Shown here piece after piece: positions 13,494 through 31,068 of a stretch of DNA of 64,000 bases. The notes below the pieces were generated by a model. That model did not search any database. It saw only the letters and a program-made list of their open reading frames with translations, and was not told the DNA's origin. The position numbers and the translations under genes are program-made. The DNA is from Selaginella moellendorffii. Its lineage: Eukaryota; Plantae; Lycopodiophyta. The first letter of the stretch is position 1. Every line of letters begins with the position of its first letter. Where the stretch lies: NCBI RefSeq assembly GCF_000143415.4, contig NW_003314276.1, positions 2,417,072 through 2,481,071 on the forward strand, written 5' to 3'.

Positions 13494-15800
13494 GTGGTAG
13501 TTCAAAGAAGATATTACCATTGTATGTGGATGGGAGCTCACTAATGGGTTTATGCCTAAGTTTACAAAGCATTTAACTCTTTTTATGTGAATAAATATAC
13601 AAGAGCTTTATTATCTATCAATACTACAAACACTACACTATAAAGATAGTGATTCCACCTTTGCAAAGCATAAACAATTGAAGGTAACTCTTGTTCATAC
13701 ATGGAATATCAAAACTCCATAAGATTTAAAGTTTGACTTTCATATACAATAAGTTGTCTCTTTTACATGAAAACTCCCTCTAGTGTATAACCACTTGCAT
13801 CACATGTCATTTTATAAGGTTTTGATGGATTAATAATGCATTAGAGTCTCACTCCATAATTGTTTCAATTCCACAAAACTATCCTTTTATGGCTTCTTCC
13901 ACTCAAATAGCACATTTTTATGCTACAAACTTGCACTAGAAATATCAATAATAACTAGCCATACTAAAAAAATTATGTAACTCGATCACTAAAGTTAATG
14001 TATACTACTTTCTATTACAACCACCTTTCTTGAATTTGTCTTGACACCCTTAAATGTCATACTACTCCACCTCTAACTTTGCAAATTTATATTTACTTTT
14101 CTTCACATAAAGTTTTTCATCACATAGTAATAAAAGAACTTTATGCAAATGCAACTTATGCTCCATATTCTTGCTTAAAACAAGAATATCATTCAAAAAA
14201 ATCTCTATAAACTTGTGAAGATAATATTTAAATACCTCCATCATCAACCAACTAAATATAGCTGGTGCATTCCTTAATTCAAATGGTATAACTATAAATT
14301 TAAAATGCTCAGAGCTCATGTTGAATGCCATCTTGGAAATAGATATGTCATCAATTGCAATCTAATAATATCCACTCCTTATATGTAATTTGATGATATC
14401 CACTCTTTATATTAATTTTGGTAAACACTTGGGTTTCACCAAACTTGTCTAAGGTATCATTTATATGTGGCATTAATATCTTATCCTTCACTATTTTTTT
14501 GTTCAAGGTATACATTGAGCCATCCTTCTTTACGAGCAAAATTAATGTGCCAAAAAGAAACTTACTTAGCTGAATAAATCCAAACTTAAGTAATTAAAAT
14601 GCCAGATAGAGGTTGTTGCACTTTTTACTGTGTATGGAAGAACTCCTCATATTACTAGGGCATACTCTTCAATAAATTTTTCTAAAACAAAGTTGTCAAC
14701 ACTCTCACTATCTAATAAATTTTCACTAGACCACCACAAAATACACCCTCCAACATTAAAGTTGATACAGAAGTGTGCTTAATCTCCATTTTATTCCACA
14801 CATAATTGAGTTGATGAGCAAGGATTAAAAGTCTCTTCATTCAACCAGAACAATTTTCCTTGTCATCCTCATGTTGCAAATTTTTGCAACTCTCCAGCTT
14901 ACCATCGCTAAAAGATTAATAATTTTTTTTGCTCTACTACTTTTTCTTTAGTTATGGATAATAAACTTTGTAGTGTTCAATCTCACCACAATGGTATATA
15001 ATTCTTCACAAAGAACTTCTATTTTTTTTACCCTTTCGCATCTAAAGTAGCCATCACAAACTTTAACTTTGTGATAGTTATTCCTATCTTTGTATTCACA
15101 GCAATCATTATAATGATTTCTGACTAAAGGACTTCTCAAATGCTTGTAAGACCTATGCTTATCATTGTCAAATATATCAAAGAGCACCTATAAACTCTTT
15201 ATGGGTTGGGAGTAATGCAAATTTAATCAAGCGAGTAAGGTTTTTAATAGTGTTATTTTCCCTTGCTAAAAATGTCAAAGTTCCCTATGAGCATTCTTTA
15301 TGTTATAGTGAGGGGAAAAACATAAATAATAAGCAACCTTAAACTCATCTATGGTAGACACTAGTGATTTCTTGTTCGCAATACGAAACTCCTTAAGTTA
15401 ATTCCACCATTAAAGATTTGCATCACACAAAATCTTTAAAATAGCTATTAAAGCCTCTACATCTAGAGTTCCTTTACCAACCAAAAATTTCTTCATATTA
15501 GCTAGCCAAGCTAGACACTTGTTCACACCACTATCACTAGAAAAAGTTGAAATCTTGAATTAATCCACCAAGAAAGTCTTATTTGGAGCACCATCACTAC
15601 TAATTTCAAGTCCCTCAACACACTTATGCCATACATTGCATTTTGCATGTTTTGCTAATTTTTTTTAGGGTTCCTAGTTTATTAACAATATCATAGATAG
15701 TCCAAACCTCTGTAACTCTATCAGCATCACCATTAGCACCACCATCAACAGTAAAATTCCAACATTCATCTTGGTTAACCATTGCAACCAACTCCTTTAA
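13494..15800 (-). mobile_element. Decayed Ty3/gypsy gag-pol relic
   Basis: RT remnants KDGS..LNK, FTKINIKSGYHQI and PFELRNAPAIF..FLNDILV..LYVKKSKYKF at 14062-14539. A homologous relic lies on the + strand at 38620-39500. Confidence 0.75.
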
Positions 15801-16379
15801 TACTAATATTATGATCTTGTGCTAAATAACAAAGGCAAAGAGACTATGCTACACCTTCTTTTAAAGTTCCTCACCATTCAACCACCCCAAGCTGCCTTAA
15901 AAGCTCCACCACACCACCGCTCCACTGTGAGCCCCTTAAGTTAAAGAAAAAATGATGGAAACTTCGACTTATAGTCAAGCATAAAAATCTCTAGCTGTTA
16001 GGCATGGGTATAAATTTAGGGTAAAGCATTTTTTTTCAATAACTATTATTTAGGAAGTCAGCTTACCATTTTATTGATTTATGGCACATATTTTAATTAT
16101 AAAATTATTCAAAAGTTGGCAACTCAACAGCTAGTTGATGGTTTAAATACTACTCCATCACCCTTTATATTTAAGCCACCTACTATTGAAAGTAAGCAAC
16201 AATATCTTCCATTTCTAAAGGTGGCAACATATCAAGAGTCTTCTTGACCTTGGTCATTTTGGTATTTGTGAGGCTAAGATAAAGTTGACATTAGAAGTCA
16301 TATATTATCACCATCATAGACAACTGTTGTCAAATTTTTAACAAGGAAAACTAAGGCTTTGTATGAGTTTAAACTTTAT

Positions 16380-16900
16380 TGTGCCAAAGCTTTCAAGTAT
16401 TTTCACTCAGATGGTTGTGAAGAGTATATGTTACAAGCTTTTCTGAATTATTAGATCCAACACTAATTCACTATAGTTTATACTCCACAGTACAATGAAG
16501 TAGTTGAGCATATGAATTGAACTTATTGAGACTAGATGTACTATGCCTTATGATGCTAGATTGCCTAAAAGTTTCTAAACTCTACAACACTAAGTTCTTA
16601 CTACTACTGTAAAAGGATCAACCCTCTGTCAATTTCGTTGTATTGCCTATGCTAGTAAACTTTGGCTTAAGTTTGATTCAAAAATCTAGATATAGTTTTG
16701 ATATTAAAAATTATTTCTTAAGCTAAATATTATTTTTGATGAGTAACATGTTTCTAAGAGTGGTGATATTTCTGGTCAACTATAGTCAACAGAGTCAAAA
16801 TTCAAGTTAACCTGGATGCAATTGATGATGATTCGTGATGAATCAATGAATTTTGACTTTGTTGACTATAGTTGACCAGCAATATGACCTCCGCCGCACA
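16380..16900 (+). mobile_element. Ty1/copia integrase relic with internal hairpin
   Basis: Degenerate SDG.EEY..YTPQYN.VVE.MN*T...DARLPKSF integrase core, plus an inverted repeat at 16766-16885. Confidence 0.6.
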
Positions 16901-17176
16901 CCACATCTTCAAGGAGCGCAACTCCACTAATTGCCAATGAATTGGATGTTATGACACCTCAACTACCAACTCAGTAACATATTGCACCAAATCCCTATCT
17001 CCCCAAGGAATGGTAGGAAGCTGTTATCAGAGGTGGTCATATTATCTACAGTTGCAAAGGACATGGAAAACATCCTCAACTTGGGAAAAGTTGCAAACTT
17101 GGCAAAGGTGAAGATAAACTCAAGGACCCATCTCAACATAGGTGGTGCTTACCACATCTGTATGTGGCAACATTGA

Positions 17177-17202
17177 CCTTAGACCAACTCGGCCATCTCA
17201 AC
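17177..17202 (-). pseudogene. 5' fragment (26 nt) of tRNA-Leu
   Basis: GTTGAGATGGCCGAGTTGGTCTAAGG matches the 5' end of the tRNA at 32423 at 25/26 positions, then homology stops. Confidence 0.75.
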
Positions 17203-17287
17203 TTCTTGTCTAATATTAATCTCGTGCCAACTTTCACGTAAATTTATTCATCGTGACAAAATTTGTAACAAAGATACAAAGATCTTG

Positions 17288-17936
17288 TCATGGAAAGCTT
17301 GTGCCAATTTTGTGATGGATGGGTTTGCGACGAGTCGGAGCGTTTCCCTCCGGCTCAACATTTATCATCTCGTTCTTGTCACCACGATTGATCGCGAGCG
17401 TGTGCGGAAATACCGATCCCTCACCAGCAGAGAGGGAATCCGGGGACAAAGATGGAGCTGGATGCCCATTCCTGATCAGTGCTTTCTGGCAGGCCAAAGA
17501 CGAGGAGAGCTCTTGAGGCGGTGGAGAAGTGGGACCAGCGAAGCCATTGTAATGGGGATCACAGTAATCATCAAACATGGGACCGATGCTTTGTGGAGCC
17601 GGAGACGCACCGATTTGCCCCGCGTCGTCCTTCGCAATGCTGCCCTGGTACTGCTTTGGGTCGGATACGGTGCCGCTTGGAACTTCTCTTGGCTCATGCT
17701 TCACAAGCTCAGCGCCGGTTTGAAACAACTTTCTGGGCACTCCTCGCTCCTGATGGAGGCAAAATCGTTTAACACAGAGCCATTCCCTGGTTAGAAGAAA
17801 GAAAAGAGAGATTTATCATTGAAAGCCTTGCCTTGGGACCAAGATGAGAGCGATCGAGCGATGCAGTCGCAGTGGAAGCGGTCGCAATAGAAGCGCCCAG
17901 AAGCAGCATTGAGACGATACTGACAATCGTGAACAT
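17288..17936 (-). CDS. Secreted peptide-precursor-like protein with CLE-, PSY- and RGF-like motifs (exons 17832-17936 and 17288-17749), 188 aa
   Basis: Signal peptide MFTIVSIVSMLLLGASIATAS. An AAG|GCAAG donor and CATCAG acceptor (82-nt GC-AG intron) join it in frame to the 150-aa ORF containing PRKL, REVPSG..SDP, DYCDPHYN and GNAPTRRKPIHH. Confidence 0.6.
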
Positions 17937-18743
17937 CTTTCTCCGGCCATGATCATCAGAAAGAGAATGAGAAGGAAAAAAAATCTCTCTAGCAAGCGGT
18001 GTTTAGCATGGCTGCTTGGAGAAAAGCCACTTGTGTGTGCTTCACGTCGATTATCTTCGACCATGGATTGATCTCAGTCGCTCAGGATAGTTTGGGAGAG
18101 CTCAAGATCTGATGAACAACATGCTGTTTCTCCCTCATGAGGCTCCAGCCAGAAGCTCCGTCGCCATATCCTTAGAGCAATGTTGTCCAAATTGCTATTA
18201 CTTTAGGGATTCACGACCTTAAATACTCTCCGCTTGCTTCGGGGGTTTGGATCTTGCCCTAAGAAATCAGCATAAAGTTGACAAAGAATTCTTGAGTTCA
18301 GACTTGAATGCGCGTTCTGAATGCTGCCTGGGTTGTCCAGTCCAATTGCGCGTTCTGACATGTGGATAATGCTCCAGCGATATCAACGTGCATGCTACCG
18401 CTTTACAAATGTACTTCCAATGGATCCTAAGTTATATCTCAACCAGAACACGATCCATATAAAGAAGGATACAATAGAATTATGAAATCAAAGTTCTCTC
18501 CCGAGTACAAATCAATCATGGAGCTACCCAAAGTCCACTCAAAAATCACAATGCAGCTAAGTATGTACCAAGAACATAGAAAAGTGCAAGTGTGTATGTG
18601 TGTCTAGTGTGCGTGAGGAGAGAGCAAAAATTGAATGATATACCTGAGAGGTGGTACCACCACCATCACCACCAAAGAGAATTTCCATTTCCATCCATCT
18701 CCTCCCTGTGATCCATCCCCAAAATCTCCAAAAGAACCGGACA

Positions 18744-19469
18744 CTACCAAAGAAGAGCAAAGCCCACAATCGAGCTCCCTAGCAGCAGTGTCGAGGCAAG
18801 AATTCGAGAAGCGCTGGATTGGTCCGAGGCAGATCCAGGCGACCTGGTGGATGCGGGAGTGGCAGCCGCGAGACCGGGAGCCGGGGCAAGGATCGGTGCT
18901 GGAGCCACTGGAACTGGCGCTGGAGCTGGGACCGTGCCTGGCGGAGGAGCTGGGGTGGGAGCTTGCGGAAGAACTCCATTGGGAGTGAGTGGCTTGTCCA
19001 CCTCCACAATGCTGAGGTTGTAGCCGATCTGCTTGACGCTCTTGACGATGGTGGTGTTGGATCCGGACATGACGATGTCGAGGCCGGCCTTGGTGTTGGT
19101 GAGATTGGCCGTGCCGTCCTGCCCGGGGGCCTTGCCGGTGGTCTGGTAGAGCGACGTGATCTGCTGATCCTCGTTCTTCACGGCGGGATTGATGTACGTG
19201 AGGAAGATGTGGACGCGGATGATGTCGATGAGCTGCTTCTCAGTGGCGGTCTGGCCCAGGCTGCCGCGGAGCTGATCGATCTTGGAGTTGGGAATAACAG
19301 CGACGGTGATGGAGTTTCTGGTGTTGACGTCGCTGGCGAGGCCGGATTTCGTGAGCAAATCGTTGAACTCGGAGTAGTCGGGTTCTTTCTGGAGCTCCTC
19401 GGTGACGTTGAATGCCGCGGCGGTGGCCGCGACGGCGAGGAGAAGCGCCATAGCTAGCGGGATCTTCAT
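18744..19469 (-). CDS. FLA: Fasciclin-like arabinogalactan protein, single FAS1 domain, GPI-anchored
   Basis: Signal peptide, FNVTEEL..YSEFNDLL, ITVAVIPN (H1), SLYQTTG, YNLSIVEVDKPL (H2), AP/PA-rich AGP region and hydrophobic C-terminus. Confidence 0.92.
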   Translation of the reverse strand: MKIPLAMALLLAVAATAAAFNVTEELQKEPDYSEFNDLLTKSGLASDVNTRNSITVAVIPNSKIDQLRGSLGQTATEKQLIDIIRVHIFLTYINPAVKNEDQQITSLYQTTGKAPGQDGTANLTNTKAGLDIVMSGSNTTIVKSVKQIGYNLSIVEVDKPLTPNGVLPQAPTPAPPPGTVPAPAPVPVAPAPILAPAPGLAAATPASTRSPGSASDQSSASRILASTLLLGSSIVGFALLW

Positions 19470-19779
19470 CTTGCCGAAATCTGGGAAAAAGAAGAGCGCG
19501 GGGGTGAGAAATCCTCGAAATCTGGCCGGGGAATCACGAAATCTAAGCTACATTCTGGCTAGAACGCTGGAAGGGCTCCAGATCTAACCTGCATTGCTTG
19601 CAATGCAGGAGATTTGGAGGGATTTCCCAACAGCGAGAGATTACCAGATGCAAGGAGACCGGAATACCGATCGATGCGCGCCGCGGAGCCGAAGAGATCC
19701 AAGTGAAGCGATAGTGCAACCCCTGCTCCTGGCTATTAAAACCCCCAAGCTCAAGAACACACGCCCTAGAAATAATAAA

Positions 19780-19840
19780 GTAAAGCCGACGTGTCAATTA
19801 CGCTGCCGACGTGGAGGCCGTTTACCCTGGCACGTCAGCG
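19780..19840. promoter_or_regulatory. Cluster of overlapping DRE (GCCGAC) and ABRE (ACGTG) elements in the divergent FLA/CCCH intergenic region
   Basis: GCCGACGTGTC at 19785, GCCGACGTGG at 19805 and TGGCACGTCAG at 19828. Confidence 0.4.
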
Positions 19841-20262
19841 AATATTCGCGAATGTGTGGTGGGACGTCCACTTTGTAACCACCTAACGCTGGTGAGAATT
19901 TTTTCTCACTGGGCCAGGCTGGCATATGTTAGCTGGTCGTGACACATCCGCACGCCATTTCGACTGGGGCCCTTATATGGCGCCCTCACATTCTTTGGAG
20001 TGTCCATTCCATCCACCGGCCGCCGGGGTGAAAGGTATCGAACCGCGGACCTCTTTGCCTGGCCGGGGGATCGAGCCCGTGACCGGATCGAGAATCGACG
20101 GGCGGATGTGGTGGTGGAATCGGACGGCGATGTGGTGTGCCAGGTCACGCGCGTACTGCTCAATGCTGAGTGGAGACAAGCTGCGGGAGAGGGAGGAGGC
20201 CTAGGTAGAGGAGAGACTATGGCGGAGCACACGAGAGGTTCTAGGGTTTGATTTATTCGGGA

Positions 20263-22605
20263 ATGGCGACGGCGAATGGCGATGCGTCGACGCTAGCGGC
20301 GGCGGCGGCGGCGGCCCCGGGCGCCATCGCCCCGGCCAGCGCCGAGGATGTGGCGCTCAAGAAGAACACGGATTGCGTCTACTTCCTGGCATCGCCGCTC
20401 ACTTGCAAGAAGGTATTGCGATCGATCGGGGCGAGAGTAGAGGCTTTCTGCAGTTAGGGTTTAGTGTTTTTCTGGCTGCTGGCTGGCAGCAGCCAGATCT
20501 GCCGAGCTCGAGCTGACAGGCAGCGCGTGATTTGTTTTTGCAGGGGGAAGAATGCGAGTTTAGACACAGTGAGGCTGCGAGGATCAACCCCCGCGACTGC
20601 TGGTACTGGGTATCGGGGAGCTGCTTGAATCGGGATTGTCCATTTAGGCATCCGGTAAGAACTGTAGAGCTCTTGGCATCATAGCTTTAAGTGATTTTGT
20701 CCTTGTTGTTCTCTCCAGCCTTTGGAAGCTGGAAATCCGACTCCTGGACAGCAGCAGCCCGCGAGCAACAAAGGACGAACGCCGTGCTACTTTTTCATCC
20801 AAGGATACTGTGCGAAAGGCGATCGATGTCCCTTCTTGCACGGTGTTCCTAAGCCGACCACGACTGCTCCTCCAGAGCTCGAAGTTCCTCCAAGGTCGGA
20901 AGCTGCCATTCCATCTAAGCCGTCTTTGACAGCACAAAAGCCATCGGTGGACATACAACTGCAGGCAATAGCAGCAGTGCCGGAAGCGAGGCCAGCGCCA
21001 CCTTCTCAAGTTGCAAAGCCAGCGGGAGTTTTTCAGGTTGCAAAGCCAGCGGCAGCAGCTACTCAGGTTGCAAAGCCGGCAGCTTCTCAGGTTGCGAAGC
21101 CAGCACCACCAACGCAAATAGCGAAGCCGGTTGTGAAGCCATCACCGCCAGCTCAAGTTGCGAAGCCAGCACCATCTCATGTTGATCGGTCCACTGGCTA
21201 TACCCCGGCAGAGAATGTTGATCGGTACACGAGAGAGTCTACTGGTTACACTCCGGCGGAGAATGGCAACGGTGTAGCAGGCAGATCGAGAAGCGTTGCA
21301 GCTGAGCCGGAAGAGAGCGCGGAGCCTGTGTCGAGCACGCACGAGGACGATGATCTTCTCATGACGACTTCAAGAGCAGAGAATGGCACTCGAGACCCGG
21401 AAGAACGTTGGGAAGAGTCTTCGCCTGGGTTTGATGTGCTCGTAGACGACGGGCCAGAGGAGTCGGAGTTCCTCCACGGGAACAATGACGAAGCAGGCGA
21501 TCGTTTCGACGACGACTACGAGTTTCAGTACTCCGAGATGTACAACCAGACTGGCGGATTCGAGTCGGGACCTCCACTATACGAGCGTGAAAGCTATGAT
21601 CGCATCCGGCACGAGAACGGGAGGTTCGAGCAGGGGGAGTACACTGACTACGACGCTCCCTACGACCGGATGGACTTCGATCGTCCGCCGCTGCTGGACA
21701 ACCCGGAGCGTGATTATTTCCGACAAACAAGACAGGTTCGGACACAGTCCATCAAGGAGAGGCTACGGTTCAACCATCAAGACCCACGGCCGTTTCTCGA
21801 CAATGGTGATCTGCGAAACGTTCTCGAGCGGCGGCGGAGGCTGGATGTTTACCCGGGTCGAGAAGGCGATGACAGGTTTCCCAGGGAGTTTACAGACCGG
21901 GAGAGGCATCGCGACGACTTTTCCAGGGGTCGGGAGCGCGACAGGGCTCAGAACTACTTCCACCAGGCTAGACTTAACAGCAGCAGCGGCCGGAGATCAT
22001 CGAGGGAGAGAAGCAACGAGCGCTTCCACCACCGGCATCCTCCTCCCGACGCTTTCATGTACAGGGGTGGTGGTCAGATCGATCGTAGGCCTGTGAAGGA
22101 TGCGTCTCCGCCGGGCTACGAGGCGAGGAACTTTGGCCAGGGCTTCAGCCGAAGAACAGGCGGGGAGGAGCCATCGGACTTCGCGGCACCGAAGAGCCTG
22201 GCTCAGATCCGGGCCGAGAAGAGGAAGCTCGACGGGGAGGAGGTGGCGATGGTGAGCTCCTCCAAGCGCAGCTACATCTCCAGGGAGTCGAGGTTCCATG
22301 GCGGCGAGCTCAACGGTGGCGGGGACGATGGTGATCAACACTTTGAAGGTCCCAAGCCGCTCCACGAGATTCTCAAGGACAAGCGCAGGGAGGAATTCTC
22401 GCAGCTCCGGCGCCATGACGAGAGCGTGATCGTGGCGAGCGGTGAGCGAGAAGAGCGAGACAGCCGCGCCAATGGAGTGGCCAACCATCATGTACACGCT
22501 GACAAGATCACTACTACCACCGTGACTGCTCGAGAGGAGAGTGACGATGACGAAGACGATGACGACGACGATTTCGCGAAGAAGCTAGGTGGATACTTCT
22601 CGTAA
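20263..22605 (+). CDS. CCCH zinc-finger protein (C3H17/C3H32-like), exons 20263-20412, 20544-20654, 20719-22605
   Basis: KNTDCVYFLASPLTCKK|GEECEFRH, NPRDCWYW..CLNRDCPFRHP, PCYFFIQGYCAKGDRCPFLH, ESSPGFDVLVDD, FAAPKSLAQI, FEGPKPL and C-terminal DDFAKKLG. Splice sites are canonical. Confidence 0.93.
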
Positions 22606-22747
22606 CTCTGATTTCTCTGATCGATCGAACAAAAAGGTCTGGATTGACACTTCGATGCGATCCTCTTCCTCTAATGGCTCTAAGCTAGCCACTGTTTTCT
22701 CAAGTTCCTGTTTAGACAGGACCCCGTCCTTGACGATGAACAGGCAG

Positions 22748-23390
22748 CTAGAAATCTTCCCGAGTTTTACCAGTGCTTGACGACAGTGGCTCCACTGGCA
22801 ATCGCTCGCAAGTGCATATCTCGATCATGAATCCATCGGGGTCGTGGAAGAAGATCTGCTCCACTTCGATCCCTCGCTCCTGGACGATGCGTTTCTCGTA
22901 TTTGATCCCAGCGTCTCCCAGCCTCTTCTGGACGAGAGCTAGATCCTCGCACTGGGCAATGTGGATGGATGTTACAAGAGAAGAGATTTCCTTTTTTTCT
23001 TTCGCATACCTGGAAGGAGATGTGATCGTCGCGAGGATTGATTGAGTGTTCTTGCGGAGGCCCCGCATTTTCTTGCTGGAGCAAATGAATTCCAATACCG
23101 TAGTTGTACAACCTGGACGATCAATCCATAGCGAAAAAAATCGATAGCGCAATCGATACAGGGTGGGAGAGGAGGGAGGAGGGATGCTCTTACCAGGCGC
23201 CGCGGACCTCGAGAGCGTTCGGGCGCTTGACGGGCACAAACCCTAATACATCGACGTAAAACTTCAGCGATTCTTGGATGTCGCGGCAGTTGCGCGAGAG
23301 ATGATTCACGGAGGAGAGCGGCAACGGCTGTGGATTCTGGAGCGATTCCGCGCCGCCGCCGCCATGGGCGCTGCTCGCGTTTTGGATCAT
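22748..23390 (-). CDS. Glyoxalase I-like / VOC superfamily protein, exons 23194-23390, 23010-23112, 22748-22951
   Basis: VNHLSRNC..SLKFYVDVLGF..GAW|LYNYGIGIHLL..DHISFQ|C..QIFFHDPDGFMIEICTC. Confidence 0.93.
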
Positions 23391-23603
23391 CGCTGAAGGA
23401 AACGAATGGAAACACAAAGCGCGTACGCTTCCGGGTAGAGAGAAACCCAACGTTGATATAACAAGTGGCGGCGGAGATCCACGTGTCTGACACGTGTCCA
23501 CTTGCCGACTCATTGCTAGATTGTGATTTCCTTGTTGCTGCCGGGGTTTGAACCGGCGATCTTGTTGTCCTAGGGATTAGGGTTTGTGGGAAGAAGGGAA
23601 GAA
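23391..23603. promoter_or_regulatory. Compact bidirectional promoter with two G-boxes and a telo-box
   Basis: 213 bp between divergent ATGs. CACGTG at 23480 and 23491, TAGGGTTT at 23578. Confidence 0.6.
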
Positions 23604-24686
23604 ATGGCGGTGCTGGTAGCGAAGAGGACGAGCGCGGAAGTGGAGATGGCGCACGGCTTCAAGGAGCATGCGACATGGAGTCCCTACGAGAACAATGGCG
23701 GGTTAGTGATCTTGGATCGCGCTTTGCTTCCTGTGGCGAGATTATCACGGATTTTCGCAGGACTTGCGTCGCGATTGCTGGATCGGATTATTGCATCGTC
23801 GCAGCTGACACGAGATTGTCGCTTGGCTACAGCATACTGACCAGAGGCCATTCTAAGCTGTTTAAGCTGTAAGTTTTTCTTTAGTGACTTTGGAAACAAA
23901 ATGTGATTTTTCTTTCCTGTCTTTCGCAGCTCAGACACTGCGGTCATGGCCTCCTCTGGCTTCCAGGCGGATGTGAGAACTCTGCAAAAGAATCTAGAAG
24001 CCCGGCAAAAGGTTCGATCCTCTTTGTTTCCAGATTTTCGCCCTAGACCGCTGTCTTTTTTTTTGCTTCTCTTGAAACAGGGTTACTACCATCAGCACGG
24101 GAAACCAATGTCTTGCCCAGCGATGGCGCAGCTCCTGTCGAACACCCTCTATTACAAACGCTTCTTTCCATACTACAGTTTCAACGTTCTTGGTGGTCTA
24201 GACACCGAAGGTACGTGTGGAAGAGAGCATCAAAGTCTAAATCTTTGTGGAGGCTTGTAGGCAAGGGATGCGTCTACACTTATGACGCTGTTGGTTCTTA
24301 CGAGCGGACAGGATATAGTACCCAGGGAAGCGGTGCAGAGTTGATAATGCCGATTCTGGATAACCAGCTCAAGTCTGCCAGTCCTCTCCTTTATCCTCCA
24401 AGGGTGACAAATCCTTTGCGATTCGTTCTTCTCTGTTGCTCACTGCCGGGAGTTTACAGGAAACGGCAACGCCCCTTACGGAACAAGAGGCTCTGGAAAT
24501 TGTCAAGGACACTTTCGCTTCGGCTACCGAGCGCCAGATCTACACCGTTCGTATTGCTTTTTCTGGGTATCGCGAGCTTGAAACTCAACGCAAACTTGTG
24601 TGGTGTTGCAGGGAGATGGACTCGAGATTGTGGTCATCAACAAGGATGGAATACACAAGGAGTATTTAGACCTCAAGAAAGACTAG
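23604..24686 (+). CDS. PBF1: 20S proteasome beta type-1 (beta-6) subunit, 7 exons
   Basis: WSPYENNGG|[64 protein letters not shown]|GDGLEI..LKKD*. Confidence 0.95.
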
Positions 24687-25854
24687 GCACTCTCTCTTTG
24701 CAGGAGCTATGTATAACGCCGATTCTTAGGACATATTTCATGGACAATTGTTTCATTTCCTCTCGTTCTCTCTCATCGGATTGATCACACTGAAAGAAAG
24801 TAAAATCTTATGATCGGAGCTCTATGTTGGACAATGGGGCAGCTGAGGAAATCGGTTGTGGTCTATACTAGTGCCTTAAGTGTCCCGTGCCTCCCAAGAC
24901 TATCATTTTAGTAAGTCCATTGATCATCTTATATAACCTTCTTCAAGATTATTTTATGAATGCGACAAGATCACTCGGGCGCGAGGAATTCAATTCTGCC
25001 AGAGTGTTGACACATGCACTGTCAAATCCACCGTAATTCCTGAGTGTGAACTCCTCAAGGTTTCTTTTGGAGAACTTCAGTTCTCGGTTCCAATTCTCAC
25101 GAGATATAAGTACCTTTGATATCTTTCTATCGACTTTGTGAATGAATGTGGACCACCTTCCCTTTGAGAGCAATAAGATATGCTCTACCTCGTTTGGCAG
25201 TGTATAGAGCTTTCCTGCCCATATTGAATGTCAAGAAACCTTGAAACATAGTTTGAAACGCTTGTGGAAATCCGATAGCATTTCACGATTCTAAAGATCA
25301 AATATACAAATTAGTGAATTTAAGGTAGTCAATAAAAGTGCGTTTATTTTGAAATTTAAAGAGAAAATGAATTTATCAGATATCTCGTGTTTCCAAAAGT
25401 AATGATATATATATAGTATACTTTTATTAATTAAAATGGGTATAAATATATAATTATTATTAATAATTAATAAAATAATAATATTGACAAATTTTAAAAT
25501 TGTTATTGTAAAATTCCATCACTAAATTTACAATATTGTTAATATTTTGTTGTTTATAAATGTTTAAAATTATTTTATATAAAACTAATATTTTGTGTTT
25601 GTAATTTATAAAATTTTATATATAATTAAACATAAAAGTGAGATAAAGTGCATCTAAAAGAAATATAATAAATAATAAAATAAATGAAGGGGAAATGATA
25701 AATTTATATTTTAGCTTTAAATATACGCTAAACAAGTAATTTACAAATTATTTTATGCTAATATTTTAGTAATATAAGGTTAAGTATGTTTTTGGCTCTG
25801 TTATTTAATTAACTTACTTTTATATATTTTTATTTTGAACTCTAGCTTCCATAT

Positions 25855-31068
<5,214 letters not shown>

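Noticed and set aside
18819-19457. Long antisense or alternate-frame ORFs over FLA and other GC-rich genes (also 17285-17794, 33968-34834)
   Set aside because: They are shadow ORFs caused by GC-rich codon usage of the real genes.
24850-25300. Short minus-strand coding-like relic (also 31200-31990)
   Set aside because: No motif could be assigned, so it was left unannotated.
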